Part shown: positions 12,601 to 25,300 of the stretch, piece after piece | Numbering within the stretch: position 1 is the stretch's first letter | Layout: each line of letters starts with the position of its first letter | NCBI GenBank assembly: GCA_903813345.2 | Contig: CAIIXF020000001.1 | Span: forward strand, 39,990,001 to 40,054,000 | DNA length: 64,000 bases | From: Owenia fusiformis | Taxonomy: Eukaryota | Direction of reading: 5' to 3' | Notes under the pieces: model-generated | Told to the model about the DNA's origin: nothing | The model's input: only the letters and a program-made list of their open reading frames with translations | Database searches by the model: none | Position numbers and translations under genes: made by a program

Positions 12601-14715
12601 GACAGACGAGCAGACATGTTCTCTACACCCCAACTCAATCTTCATTCCATGGGATAATCTTAATCTTATTAAAATTTTTCAACCTACTGGCTAGTATTGA
12701 GTGCATCTGTTAACCAGGCACCTGCCAGCCCATATGGGTCATAGCCGGAGTACAGTTGATTGAAGAAGTGGGGATGACCTGAAACATTAAAGAAAATAAT
12801 GTTAAAATTTTCCCTCATTATTTAGTGAATAAGGTATGTGTAATAGTGAAAAGAGATTTAAATGTACTGAATTTAAAAAGTCATTGTAACAAATTTGATA
12901 GCATAAAGTCATGTCTTCATTTAAAAGTAGTAAACATTATGGGCAATAAAATGCTTCATTCCTGCAAGGGCTTTCACGAGTATGAGTGATGATACATTCA
13001 GTTCAAATAATAAGGACCCAGCAAAGTTTGAGATATGTTACTGCATTTATGTAAAGACGTGAATTCATAATTATTTTTATCTCTTAGAATTAAAGTGCAG
13101 AGAATACATATTGTGCAAATACTTAATTTTAATGCAACACTGGAATTCAAGACCCGAAGATGTCAGACCCACAAAGTGATTTACATGTAACAAGTATGTG
13201 GACCCCATCCGCTTTAGTTTTTGCAAACCCAATTCGTTATAATCTGGCATCCAAAGCACCAAACATCAGGATCTTAATGGGAAGAATTTTCCTTTAGACT
13301 GCTAAGATGAAAAATTCATGATGAACAATTTAAAATTCCTTCTTCTTGAACTGATATTATATGTCTTAAAAAAAATTTCTCAGGTAGAGGTTCTATTTCT
13401 ATAAGACATCAGCAGGCCTGTAGCAGCCAGGGTGTAGTAAGTTCAGGGAGTTGGTCCCCTGGCTAAAAATTCTTTCAAAGTTAGCAGTTTTTCACTGTCT
13501 TGTGCTTTTTTCTAGTGATTTTAAGCCAAAATTGTCAAGTTTGAATCCCCTGGATTTTTTTAAATTGAACCTCCCTTGACAAAAGCATGCTATGGGCCTG
13601 ATCAGTTTTCAGCAAAATTCATTTTCATTATTCAATTTTTGCTACTACTACTAAAAAATGATCACAGTCTTATGTTACCTGTTTTAACACAATACTTTAT
13701 AGTATTTCTGCATAGTTCAATGAGGATATCATCATCTTCCCCTTTATCTCGTAATTCAAAGTCTAACTGAGTAAACAATTTTTCTGGTTGTTCAAATTCT
13801 TCTAATTTGCTGAAAAAAATTAGAAATGTTTAGATTAACATTGACAGTTTGAAAGCTCATTCCTCTGAAAGCTTCTAAACTGAATATCTATATATGAAAA
13901 TACATCAAGAGAATACTGTAGATAATAGCAAATATGAAACATTTATTTACCTTTTATAATGGTATACCAGTAGCAACTATAAGTGCTGGTATGATAATTA
14001 TTGAGGTAAAAAGGTAAAAACTATTTAATGTTCTATATTGGTATATTACCATATTACTAACACTCATGTTTCATTTGTAGCATAAAAGCAGAGATAAAGT
14101 GAGCTTTGCCCCTTTGTGTTTCATCAGAGACACCACAGTGCTCTCCCGAAACTAACAAGGAAAAGAGTGAAGTATTGAGAAATTTTCAAAATTATGCATA
14201 CAAGAAATTTTTTACTGGGTTTACTAACTGACCTGTGTATATCAGTGCCTTTGATAACTGCATCTTGGAGGAGAAGTTTGAAGATTCTGTTGAGGAATTC
14301 GCCATTAACTCTTTCAAACTCACCATCTAAAATACATTACTTACTATTACTATTAATATATTATTCTTTTTAGGGCCAGGTTTAAAACCTTTTTTGTGTA
14401 AGTAATTAAAGATACCCAACCTTTGTTTAAGCTTAAATGGATATTGACATGTTTTATTATGTCTCTGATTGTCCATGTAATTTGAACAATTTTAAAGACT
14501 TTGTAACTTTGTATGAAGATGATTTCTTACGAAAAAAGTATTCATGTTATATATTCTCACAAGCAACACATGTGGACAATAAACTGTTATTGAGTAAATG
14601 TACTGAATAAACTCAACGAATAATATATGCAAAAGCAGTTTGTAATTAGATTGTCACCTTGAAGCTCCACTCCATTCATTTCAGTTTTTTGTCTTTTCAC
14701 TGCTTGCTCAGACAT
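6684..14715 (-). CDS. PLP-dependent acidic amino acid decarboxylase, CSAD/GADL1-like (group II decarboxylase); 3' end missing
   Basis: Phase-consistent GT-AG exons: 14715-14658, 14326-14233, 13809-13679, 12778-12688, 11903-11791, 8765-8650, 8200-8066, 7847-7666, 7457-7379, 7153-6954, 6738-6684 (418 codons). Motifs: [60 protein letters not shown] lysine [45 protein letters not shown]. No further exons were found in 1-6683, so the C-terminus presumably lies beyond the left edge. The ATG sits directly after a splice acceptor, implying an upstream non-coding exon. Confidence 0.95.
9380..9780 (+). mobile_element. 3' fragment of a non-LTR retrotransposon ORF (CCHC zinc-knuckle C-terminus), frameshifted
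   Basis: [17 protein letters not shown]...[16 protein letters not shown]/..CTKYDPQR spread over two frames (ORFs 9402 and 9487); typical LINE ORF2 C-terminal motif. Confidence 0.75.
11038..11212. mobile_element. Small MITE (PIF/Harbinger-like termini)
   Basis: 16-bp TIR gcctcagtcacatttg (11038-11053) / caaatgtgactgaggc (11197-11212). Confidence 0.6.
11271..11570 (+). repeat. Tandem duplication, ~143-bp unit x2
   Basis: gtgggctaga...gagatgccatgaaaat at 11271 repeats at 11414 with only a few differences. Confidence 0.9.
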
Positions 14716-14973
14716 CTGTAAACAAAATTATTTATTTATTAGAATATAGTCTATGTTAAGACCCCCCCCACCTTCATTCTTTTTTAACACCTAACTGTAA
14801 AGAAACAAAATATTGAAAGGAGAGACAGACTTGATGCAATAGCAGTATAAAAATAAAAAATAAATGAAATAAAATGATTGTGTCATATAATGTGATTGTT
14901 CCATACATAATGTAAGGGGTTTAGTCAATATTTCAATGTGTCCGTCAAAAAAACATAATTAATAATTTATTCA

Positions 14974-15302
14974 TGTTCATTGTCACAGACTTTATTACAT
15001 TTTTTTTTGTTTTAGACGTTTCAAATGCAATCTGCATCCATGATAACTTCATCCCACAAGTAATTTGACTGCCAAAACTTTAAAACATAAAAACTTCAAT
15101 AGAGACATGGGCAACTTTAATCTAGATCGCTTGTGGGATGAAGTTATATTGCCATAGCAATTAATTATTTTTTGACTTTGTTAAGATTTAATGACGTGTA
15201 TTCATTTCAACTGTTTTCAATTTAAATTTAGTGATCATGGATGCAGTTTGCATTCGAAACGTCTAAAACAAAAAATTGTAATAAAGTCTGTGACAATGAA
15301 CA
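14974..15302. mobile_element. Palindromic MITE-like element
   Basis: ~70-bp inverted arms (tgttcattgtcacagactttattaca...gcatccatgat / atcatggatgc...tgtaataaagtctgtgacaatgaaca) plus an inner IR ataacttcatcccacaag / cttgtgggatgaagttat. Confidence 0.7.
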
Positions 15303-15351
15303 TTAACAAATGGATTTAATATGACCAGACTATGAACTTATTTAATACCAG

Positions 15352-17331
15352 AACAACGGCAACGCCAAAGCGTAGCGAATCCCATCGAACAGAAATGGCT
15401 GGCATTTTTACAAACGAAATATATAGCAAACATCATAAAACAACACACCAGAAAGGCCACCATTTGCAAAATGGTTGCTAACTAGCCAAGTTGTCATCAG
15501 AAGAAATAATATGCTTTTAAGTGGCCACCTATAAAATTTTTGAAAAATCGCATACATGTACTTGTAAAATAACACACATAAAAATGGTGGCCATTTTTCA
15601 AAATGGCTGACTACTCCCAAAAGTTTTATTAGACAATGTGCCATGCTTAAAGTATTCACATATCAAATATGAACAAAATCGCTCCACTACTTTTTATAAA
15701 ATGGCCGCCTACTATCTGAAGTGTCATGAGACAGTGTGCAAGGCTCATGAGTATTCACATATCAAATATGAACAAAATCGCTTCACTACTTTTCAAGTTA
15801 AAGTAAAAAACGTGAAAATGATGGCCATTTTTCAAAATGGCCACCTACTAACCAAAGTGTCATTAGACAGGGTACCATGCTTATAGTATTCACATATAAA
15901 ATATGGAACACACCAAATATGAACAAAATCGCTGAACTACTTTTCAAGTTATAGTAAAATACATTAAAATGGGGCCATTTTTCAAAATGGCCACCTTCTA
16001 CCAAAAGTGTCATTAGACAGTGTGCCATGCTTTTAGTATTCACATACCAAATATGAACAAAATCGCTTCACTGCTTTTCGAGTGATAGTAAAATACGTTA
16101 AAATGGCAGCCATTTTTCAAAATGGCCGCCTTCTACCAAAAGTGTCATAGGACGGTGTGCCATGCTTATAGTATTCACATACCAAATATGAACAAAATCG
16201 CTCCACTACTTTTCGAGTTATAGTAAAATATGTTAAAATGGCGGCCATTTTTCAAAATGGCCACCTTCTACCAAAAGTGTCATTAGACAGTGTGCCATGC
16301 TTTTAGTATTCACATACCAAATAAAAACAAAATCGCTCCACTACTTTTCAAGTTATAGTAAAATACTTTAAAATGGCGGCCATTTTTCAAAATGGCCACT
16401 TTCTATCAAAAGTGTCATTAGACATTGTGCCATGCTTATAGTATTCACATACCAAATATGAACAAAATCGCTCCACTACTTTTCGAGTAATAGTAAAATA
16501 CTTTAAAATGGCGGCCATTTTTCAAAATGGCCACTTTCTATCAAAAGTGTCATTAGACATTGTGCCATGCTTATAGTATTCACATACCAAATATGAACAA
16601 AATCGCTTCACTGCTTTTCGAGTTATAGTAAAATGCGTTAAAATGGCGGCCATTTTTCAAAATGGCCGCCTTCTACCAAAAGTGTCATAGGACGGTGTGC
16701 CATGCTTATAGTATTCACATACCAAATATGAACAAAATCGCTCCACTACTTTTCGAGTTATAGTAAAATACGTTAAAATGGCGGCAATTTTTCAAAATGG
16801 CCGCCTTCTACCAAAAGTGTCTTTAGACAGTGTGCAATGCTTATAGTATTCACATACCAAATATGAACAAAATCGCTCCATTACTTTTCGAGTTACAGCA
16901 AAAATCGTAAAATAATGAGCAAAGGCCGCCATTTTTCAAGATGGCTGCCATGTGCTTCTTTAATATCTACATTTGTAGCTTTATTAATGTCCTTCATAAT
17001 TTTTTTACATTTAAAACATATTGCTATTACAGTTTTACATATTGCACCTAAATTACTGTAAAATCGGCACTAAAATGGCCGCCATTTTGAAATGAGCGGC
17101 CATTTTGAAAATTGGCTTTCGAGCAGAATTTCTACCCCCATAGGGTATATGTGTACAAAATATGAACAAAATCGGGCCAAGGGTATTTGAGTTATTGCCC
17201 GGACGGACGGACGGACGGACGGACGTACGGACGGACGGACGGACGGACGGACGTACGTACGGACGGATGGACGTACGGATGGACGGAGGCGTTCCCTATA
17301 TCCCTCCGAACTTCGTTCGATGGGATAATAA
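15352..17331 (+). mobile_element. Helentron/DINE-1-type non-autonomous rolling-circle element carrying a 135-bp tandem array and a (GGAC)n microsatellite
   Basis: Subterminal IR atcccatcgaac (15379-15390) / gttcgatgggat (17315-17326); 3' hairpin tatccctccgaac-ttc-gttcgatgggata; ~10 tandem units (tgtgc(c/a)atgc at 16021, 16156, 16291, 16426, 16561, 16696, 16831; period 135); ggac microsatellite ~17200-17287. Confidence 0.8.
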
Positions 17332-17904
17332 TTAAAAATATTAGGGGGACATACATTAATTTTAGTTTCCCAGTGTTTTGTCTTCTACAATTTCTGGTTT
17401 GACAGAAATGATGATCATTAATATACTCTACAGATTGTATAAAGAGTATTTATGTGTTGTTTTTAGTAGTCTCAGATATTGTATGCCGTGGGGTTGTACT
17501 TGTACCCGGCACGCAAATCAACATTTTGACGAGGCTCATAATTGCTCGTTTATTTTGATGAATTCTTTTTGATCGATGAAATAAAATACAGCATACTTGA
17601 GAAATGACATTTCAATTATATCTAATTATGTATTAATATGTCTTCAATAATTTCAAAATATTTGCATGTCTGTATCAACATGATAAACAGTATAATTGCT
17701 AGGAAAAAAATAAACAGGAGGGTTACCAATAGGAGACACCATATTTCTCTACAAGTGAAGTAAATCCATATAAAAACATTTGCTATATTGGGTTAATTTG
17801 AATGTTATCAAATGTGTGAATAAAAACAATAATCTGAAATGATTAAACATACACAGCATGTTCTGGATAAACACGCGAATCGTGCATGTGCATTTGTTTG
17901 GAGT

Positions 17905-18045
17905 TCGATAACGGGCTTCGTACGAGCTCGTACGGGCCTCAAAATTACGAGCCTCGTACATGCTTGTACGAGCCTCAAAAACAACAATTACAAGCATCCA
18001 CAAGCTCGCATGGGCCTCGAAAACAAGCTTCGTACGAGCCCCCAT
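17905..18045. repeat. Short degenerate tandem repeat built on (t)cgtacg(a/g)gcctc
   Basis: Multiple copies of gtacgagcctc/gtacgggcctc within ~140 bp; this produces the spurious repetitive 'EART' ORF. Confidence 0.6.
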
Positions 18046-18365
18046 GAATTTGGGGGTGTTTTGACTTTTTCTTACGTTTGACATTTAGTGATAGCAAACA
18101 AAAATTAATAAATAGAAAACCGAACACACATTTATGGGGGTAGATCTTTTTGATTGTCTTGGAAAATTTGATTGATATCGAAAAAGCCATTTGTTAGATA
18201 ATATTTCATTATTTGCTCACTAAAAAATGCTACAAATTCACAATTTTAGCAACTATAAGAAAAATATGTATGTTTCAAATATAAATGCACACTTTAGCAT
18301 TAAAAACAATGTTTTACTACAAATAAGTGACCATACATACATGAGCAAAATTCCAGGTGGTTTAA

Positions 18366-20820
18366 GGTAACGCTAAAGTTAATCAAATGTACAAAAACAT
18401 GGCAGCCATATTCTTTTGATAAAGTCACAAGATTTTGTATCTGTTTTCCTTATATCTGAAATTGTGAATGCATTTCCTGACTAAAGAGACATGCATGGGT
18501 GCGTGGGTCCCCAAACCTAGCATGAAGACAGTGAAGTGAGGATAACTTTTTAAAATTTCAAAGAGTAGGATTGCAATGGAGATACAGACTCCAAAATTTC
18601 CACAAATCATCTTACCTTACCAAGGAACATCAAAGGAGCATGAAAATGTGAACTTCTTGCATTGTTAGAGTATAATAAAGCTCAAACCATTTTGAATTCT
18701 CCATTTCGCTGTTCGCTCTTTGAATCAGAACGTTCGCATATATGGTGCATATATGTACTCAAAAAGGACAAAATTTGATTGGTCAATATTTTTCAACGAT
18801 GCATTTCGTGTAGCTATTTGTGAGACCCGAAAGTTCTAAATCAAATTAATTACGCAATTTTGTTTTTACACCCGCAAGCTAAATAAAAAAATGACACCAT
18901 CGGAATTCTTCTTCTTTGTCATTGAATTAATAGTCAGTATACCAGATTTAATCAATAAAAGATTATACAATTAACAACAAAATTCGGAAACGAGTATGTA
19001 AGATTTGCTTTCGAACCACTAAACTTGACCTAGATAATAGCGACGTGTCTTCTTTGGTCAAATGCTCAGTTGTTTGTGGGTTTTCAACGTAACTCTATAA
19101 TGTAATATGAAGATGAGTACTTTTATTCAGTTGTTGCATCGATGTTACAGTTTGTAGTGCGGTAATATTGGCATGAACGTGTTGAAAGTCGAATGGAATT
19201 GCTTTTTCCAATATGGCGACTAGTCACGTGACTTCTTCTCTTCCGGAATATACTCCCATTTTCAATCATTGTTTTCACCCCGTTAGGAGCCAATAAAATG
19301 AAAAAAAATATATGTTATATAAAGATTATTAAAAGACTAATTGTTTCTGATAGTTTGTTTTCTCCGATCGCATGGAGATTCGATCGAAAATATCGCTTGA
19401 AAAATGGGTATGAAAATCCCCATGTTAAACCAACGGGGAAAAACAAGGTAGAAAAATTTTGTTCCCCCGCGAACTGCATCATGGGAAATATTTTGACCTT
19501 ATAAGGAAAAACTTTCGCGCCATCTTTATTAGAGATTCAATACTACCGAATCCGCGATTTTAAGAATTCTAAATATTTCATGTCCACCATTTTGTTTGCT
19601 TGGACTATTTTCTAGTCCAAAGTAATCCTCACTCATCAGTGAAGTAGCCAAGATTTGGTGACCAGGGGTTCTATTTTTATGTTATCCACAAATCTCCCCC
19701 TTCATCGGTGTACCTCACATAAAAGCATTTTTGTATTTGTCATACATACAATTTGCACCCCTCCCTCTGGCAACCGTAACACCCCCATTGAGCGTTTTTG
19801 GTGAATCTTTTACTGAAAAGATATTGAAATCTGGGGGCAAAATCATACATTTAAATAACATTTGTTTAATGAAATCAAAAACAAGGTTAGCATACATTGA
19901 GCTAACTTTTGTTAAGGGCAAATCCTAACATATCTTTAAGGAACATATTTTTAACGAGCTATTTTATTTTGAAATCCTCATTCCTAATTCATTCTTTAGG
20001 GTTCATTCAAAGATATGTCAAATTCTGAAACATGCAATTCCCACACTTCAGTACTGAGATAAGATGATTTTTTGAAAAGATTCCAAATCAAAAGATTTTT
20101 ATTTCATTTTGTGCTTGACCTCATTTCTTTTCAATGCCTTGCAACAAAAAAACACCTAGCGCTGAAAACATCTATTTGTTCTTTCTTTGAATTGAAAATA
20201 AAAAATAATCTGTACTTTTTTACCTACTGGTCATATAAATTGAATATGTTTTTCTGGTTATTGCAATGAATTTTTCCAAAATTTTATTTGGTGGAAATCA
20301 AGACTGTGAGTTCATGATTATTATACTGTTATAGATAAAATATACTAGTGATAATCCTTGCCACTTGGTGAAGTCACAAAACTTGTATGAGGATTAATCA
20401 GGAAGTCTAGAAGTAATTCCGTAAACAAAATGGTGGGCATGAAATATTTAGAAGAAACTATGGTTTGAGCTTTATTATACTCTAACAATGCAAGACTAAG
20501 TGCACATTTTCATGCTCCTTCGATGTTCCTTGGTAAGGTAAGATGATTTGTGGAAATTTGGGATTCTTGCAAATGCAGTGTAGTACTCCTTGAAACTTTC
20601 AATAATTAGCCTCATTTCACGGTCTTTATGTAAGCTTTGGGGACCCATGCACCTCAAATTCATAGTTATGAAAAATGTGTTTAGATGTGAAGTTTTCTTT
20701 GACATATCTCTTTAGTCAGGAAATGCATTTACATATAAGGAAAACCGATACAAGATTTTGTGACTTTACCAAAAAATATGGCTACCATTTTTTGTACTTT
20801 TGATTAACTTTACTGTTACC
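18366..20820. mobile_element. ~2.45-kb TTAA-flanked DNA transposon (Kolobok-like) with ~330-bp imperfect TIRs
   Basis: TTAA|GGTAAC at 18362-18371 and GTTACC|TTAA at 20815-20824; 18366-18690 is an imperfect reverse complement of 20460-20820 (e.g. cacaaatcatcttaccttaccaaggaacatc / gatgttccttggtaaggtaagatgatttgtg). A nested IR element spans ~19567-20452. Confidence 0.7.
19205..19250. promoter_or_regulatory. Promoter-like motif cluster (YY1-like ATGGCG, palindromic E-box GTCACGTGAC, ETS-like TTCCGGAA)
   Basis: atatggcgactagtcacgtgacttcttctcttccggaa; lies upstream of the decarboxylase, whose non-coding first exon is unlocated, but inside the TTAA element. Confidence 0.3.
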
Positions 20821-21170
20821 TTAAAATGGAATTATAAAGCCAGGTGCCACAGGGGACACCTAGGTGGTATGTATTGTAACACCCCCTATTTGGACATAAT
20901 TTTAGCCAATTTTTTCCCAGACCATCCACGGACGTCAAGTAAGTTTCTGGCGAAATTAAGCTGGAGCATAGATTATAAAGAGGACTGGAAACAAGATGGC
21001 AGTCTATTTCAAATCTGCCAACTCGTGTTGGCCTATTTATCACTATTGACTCAGTTGTTCATCTAGTTTTACTTACCTTAGATGCTTAGTAATCTATTTA
21101 AAATTGAGGCAGATGCGATACAAAGAGACTCTATTAAAACAGATATACAGGTTACAGTCACCAAGATGAG

Positions 21171-21930
21171 CTAATTTCAGGTGAGATTCAAGAAATAAAA
21201 AGGGTCATTCCAGTGGCGGATCCAGGAACCAGGGGGCCCAAATTTGAGGTCAGACAAAAAACCGCCGGGCCCCTAAAACCGAAAAGTGGGCCCAAATTTT
21301 GAAAATTTGAGGCCCATTTTCTTCAAAATTTGGCCTGAAATTAAAAAGATAAGGCCTTAGAAGGCCCAATAATGACCAAAAGGCCCACTTTTTGGTGGTC
21401 CAAAAGGCCCACTAATTTCAGGTGAGATTCAAGAAATAAAAAGGGTCATTCCAGTGGCGGATCCAGGAACCAGGGGGCCCAAATTTGAGGTCAGACAAAA
21501 AACCGCCGGGCCCCTAAAACCGAAAAGTGGGCCCAAATTTTGAAAATTTGAGGCCCATTTTCTTCAAAATTTGGCCTGAAATTAAAAAGATAAGGCCTTA
21601 GAAGGCCCAATAATGACCAAAAGGCCCACTTTTTGGGGCCTGAAGGCCTTTTTTGGCCTAAATTTTTTTGGGCCCAACTTTTTTTTTCTGGGCCAACCTT
21701 AAGGGGGGGGGGGCCGGCACAATGCCCCCCCCCCCCCCCCCTAGTATGTATCCAACAGACCGAATATAATTTATTCAGACGAAGGATACAGTCTACCCCC
21801 CCCCCCCCCCCGGATCCGCCATAGCATTCTTGTTTCCAGTCCTCTAAAATAATCTATGCTCCGGCTTTCGCCAGAAACTTACTTGACGTCAAACTTTTGG
21901 CCCCCCATTTGAATTTCTGGATCCGCCACT
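21171..21930. mobile_element. hAT-like MITE (CAGTGGCGGATCCAG termini) whose left end plus flank is tandemly duplicated (241-bp offset)
   Basis: cagtggcggatccag at 21211 and 21452; ctggatccgccactg ending at 21930; 21171-21395 is repeated essentially identically at 21412-21636. Confidence 0.75.
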
Positions 21931-22369
21931 GTCGTGATTGTGTTTGAAATGCCCGGGGTAGAAATGATTGTGCAATATTAGTGTCTGATTTCTCAAATGT
22001 GTACTAAAATGCAAGTTAATGCTGCCTTACAATCGCACAATGAATTTAAAATTCCCAGACAAAAACTTAGGTCAAGCTACACTGACTGCGTGGCTCGACA
22101 GGAGTTGATTTAGGTCAATTTGACTTGCACAGTTGCAGTTGTCCTCGGAAAATTACATTGTTTCTCTTGGGAATAATTACACTATTCCTTCCATGGTTGA
22201 AGCAATTTAGTTAACGAAACGATCGATAGTGGTCCTATCTATCAACTTTATTCGTCATTTGAATGAATTAAAAGCTATTTAGTGCTAAAATTGAGTAAAT
22301 CATCGTAAAACTTTACCTTTCAGTTTCTGGTCTGTGTTTCTGTGAACCGGATGTAGAAAACAGGTCACG

Positions 22370-25300
22370 ATGGCGGAAGTTGGATCCATGCAAGATGAGG
22401 CCCGTAAAAGAAAGGAACGTCTACTGTCCATGAAAAGAAAGGGAACATCAACTGGTATACAGGATGACAATGAACCCTCAGAGAAAGTACAAGCCGAAGA
22501 TGGTAGTGAAAAGCTACCTAAGTAAGTACAACCCAGGCTATTCAAACATTTATTTTTTGTTGTGGGCGATAATAGGGGGAGTTTTCTTATTTAGATTTTT
22601 CATCGGTTGCACATTTTGAAAACCAAAATTCTGTCGTTTTTCTGCGATACGGAATCACACTATACTCTGGAGTTTGATCATTTGTTCATATGTGTAGACA
22701 CCACAGTTCAATGCTATCTTTCACCGCTAAAGGGAAGGTAACCAGGATTTTAGTTTTACAGATGATCACGGTGTGGATAGTCATCACGTGACCTAGACGG
22801 TGAACACCGCCTCTAATGCGTTGGATTGTCGTAAGGACTTGCATTAGAGGCTGTGTTTCGAACTCCCATGCAGTGTCTCGGTATAGACACTGCGGCGGGC
22901 AGGTGAAGAAAATCCCCAAAATTTGGGGAAAATAGTTCCATTTTTCATCATATATGTCACAGATGTTGGCCAGATTGTTTGTAGTAGGATCATAGGCTCA
23001 AAGAATAATTCACAAGATACGACACTAAATTGGAAAATTTCAAAAAAAAATTGACCACCTTTCAAAATGTTCCTAATACAAAACGGTACCTGCTTCCATG
23101 GGCTTTCAACTAGAAGGGTAGGCAACTTCCCATATTTCATACATAAACATTGCCATGGGTTTTCAAAATTGGAGAATGTACACATTCCAAGAAAATCTTA
23201 TTTTGTACTTTTTATTGATGATTAAAAGAAATAACTCAAAAATAAAAACATGATCTTGTACATACATCTTGATAATTTAATAAAAATTGGAATTCATCAT
23301 AATTATGACAATACAGAAAGTGAACATTCTCCCACAAATTATGTTTTTATTGGAATGTGTTCTTGAATAATTACCCACAATGCAATACTCAAAGAGAACA
23401 ACTTGATAACTTATTCTTATTGGTCTCTTTTGTTTACTTTTATATGATATTGAATATATTTTATGCTTAAATCATATTAAAAATTGATTTTTATTCAAAA
23501 TAATACTAAAACATAATCATTTACTCTTATACTTTTTGAAATATTGCCATAAAAGGGAAGCATGTCATTGCTCATTTTGAAGATCTCATGTTATTACATA
23601 GAGTTGCATACCCTTCTAGTTGAAAGCCCATGCTGCTTCCCTGTGACAGATTTTGCACTTATTTTATAGCTGAGATCTTCATCTTTCTATTTCTACTTGT
23701 TTGGTTCGAGTAAATAACCTATGGATGCAGTTATTTGACTTTTAATACGGCGAATATTTTTCACGAGATCCGGACTCTTGTGTGTCCAAATATCATTGTA
23801 CTGATGACGTCACATTTCTGGAACCACGGGAGCAACATTCAGATTTGGACAGACAAGAGTCCGGCGATAAAATATCACTGTTTTGGCCTCTTATCAACGC
23901 AGTATTGCTTGAATAATGGTCATTGGTGATAAAAAAGTTAAAGAATAACAAGACGCTTCGAATGAGGTATGATTTGTCACATATTTTTCAGAAATGGCTC
24001 CACAATCGTCATTTTAAAATTTGAAATTTTCCGAGGTGTCTCATCTTGAGGAATATTTATTGAGCTACTGATTCTACTACAAAATAATCTTGCCGGGATC
24101 TATGATATATGTGGTCAATTTTCACACAACCTATAAAATATGTATTCATGAATGTTCCCCAAACATTATTTTGTCAAAATATTTCAAAATTATTGAAATA
24201 TGAGAAGAAATCACCGCTGAAGGAATTCTGAGTAAAAGTTGTGTTGATAATAGTTTACCGCACGTGTTGTTTATTAGTTAATACGCACATTTCAACCAAT
24301 GAAATTGTCTAAATTTTACAATCACACGACCTGAGCATGGGACTAGAACCAATCACGTCAGTTGTTTATTATGAAGTTACCATGCTTACGGTGAGATACC
24401 TGCCCGCCGCAGTGATAATATCACTGCACGGGAGTTCGGCGGTGTTTATCCTTGTAAATTCATGCCAATCTAAGTTTAAACTTTATTTTAATCTTCTGCT
24501 TAGAATCTCTGCGTCATTTACAGAGAAATATAAACAAAATGGATACATTGATGATTTATACAAAAAATTACCATAGCTTTGTGGTTGTAGAAGGTTGAAT
24601 TGTGCTAATTTTGTAGCAAAATCGCCGTTTGTCGCTACTTTTCACAAAATCTTTATGGCGGCTTCTATTCTCACGAGATTTGACGAGAGTAGCCATTGAA
24701 TATTGCTGCCATCTATTTAACTATACAGAGTTTATATCATTCATTCGACCATCATGTATTCGATGGAAGAAATCAATGATCTCTATTCGCATAACATAAA
24801 ACCAAAGTTTGGATTTGATTTGAAGCCAGAACAGTTACAAGACGTGATAACAAACATATTGAATCAAGAATCCACTATATCAGTTTTACCGACTGGTTAT
24901 TGGAAAACATTACAACATGTGATCATCAAATTACGTCACGTCACGTGATCATCACACTGATTTATGCAACGCATGCGCACTTGAAATTAGGTCAGCGAAA
25001 ATGTCAAGAAGACCGGTCAGAAATGCAATTTCGTTTTATCTGCAACGATTACACATAATTACTGTAATAAAGCGAGGCATTTATGGGTTCATTTTGAAGA
25101 TTTTTGGTCCCGCTATCCAGTGGTGAAAGAATTTTCAAGATTGAGGTAAGATCTTGGGAGAAAAGTCAAAAACATCAGATCCGGACTTTTCAGCATTTCT
25201 TAAATTTGATAAATTTACATTGCACTTTATGCACCCCTGGGGCCAACACGATCCTCAGAGACCCAGAGAGTGCATGAATGCACCTACACGTGACCTTGAT

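Noticed and set aside
15570..16900. Regular repeat array as a CRISPR locus
   Set aside because: Whole 135-bp units repeat with no unique spacers, there are no cas genes, and the context is eukaryotic.
15408..18190. ORFs at 15408, 15638, 15798, 17187, 17749, 17839 and 17975
   Set aside because: They are translations of satellite, (GGAC)n microsatellite and short tandem repeats.
19625..19650. Hammerhead ribozyme core (CTGATGAG on the minus strand; other CTGATGA hits e.g. ~29268, ~47033)
   Set aside because: No stem II followed by GAAA and no matching stems I/III.
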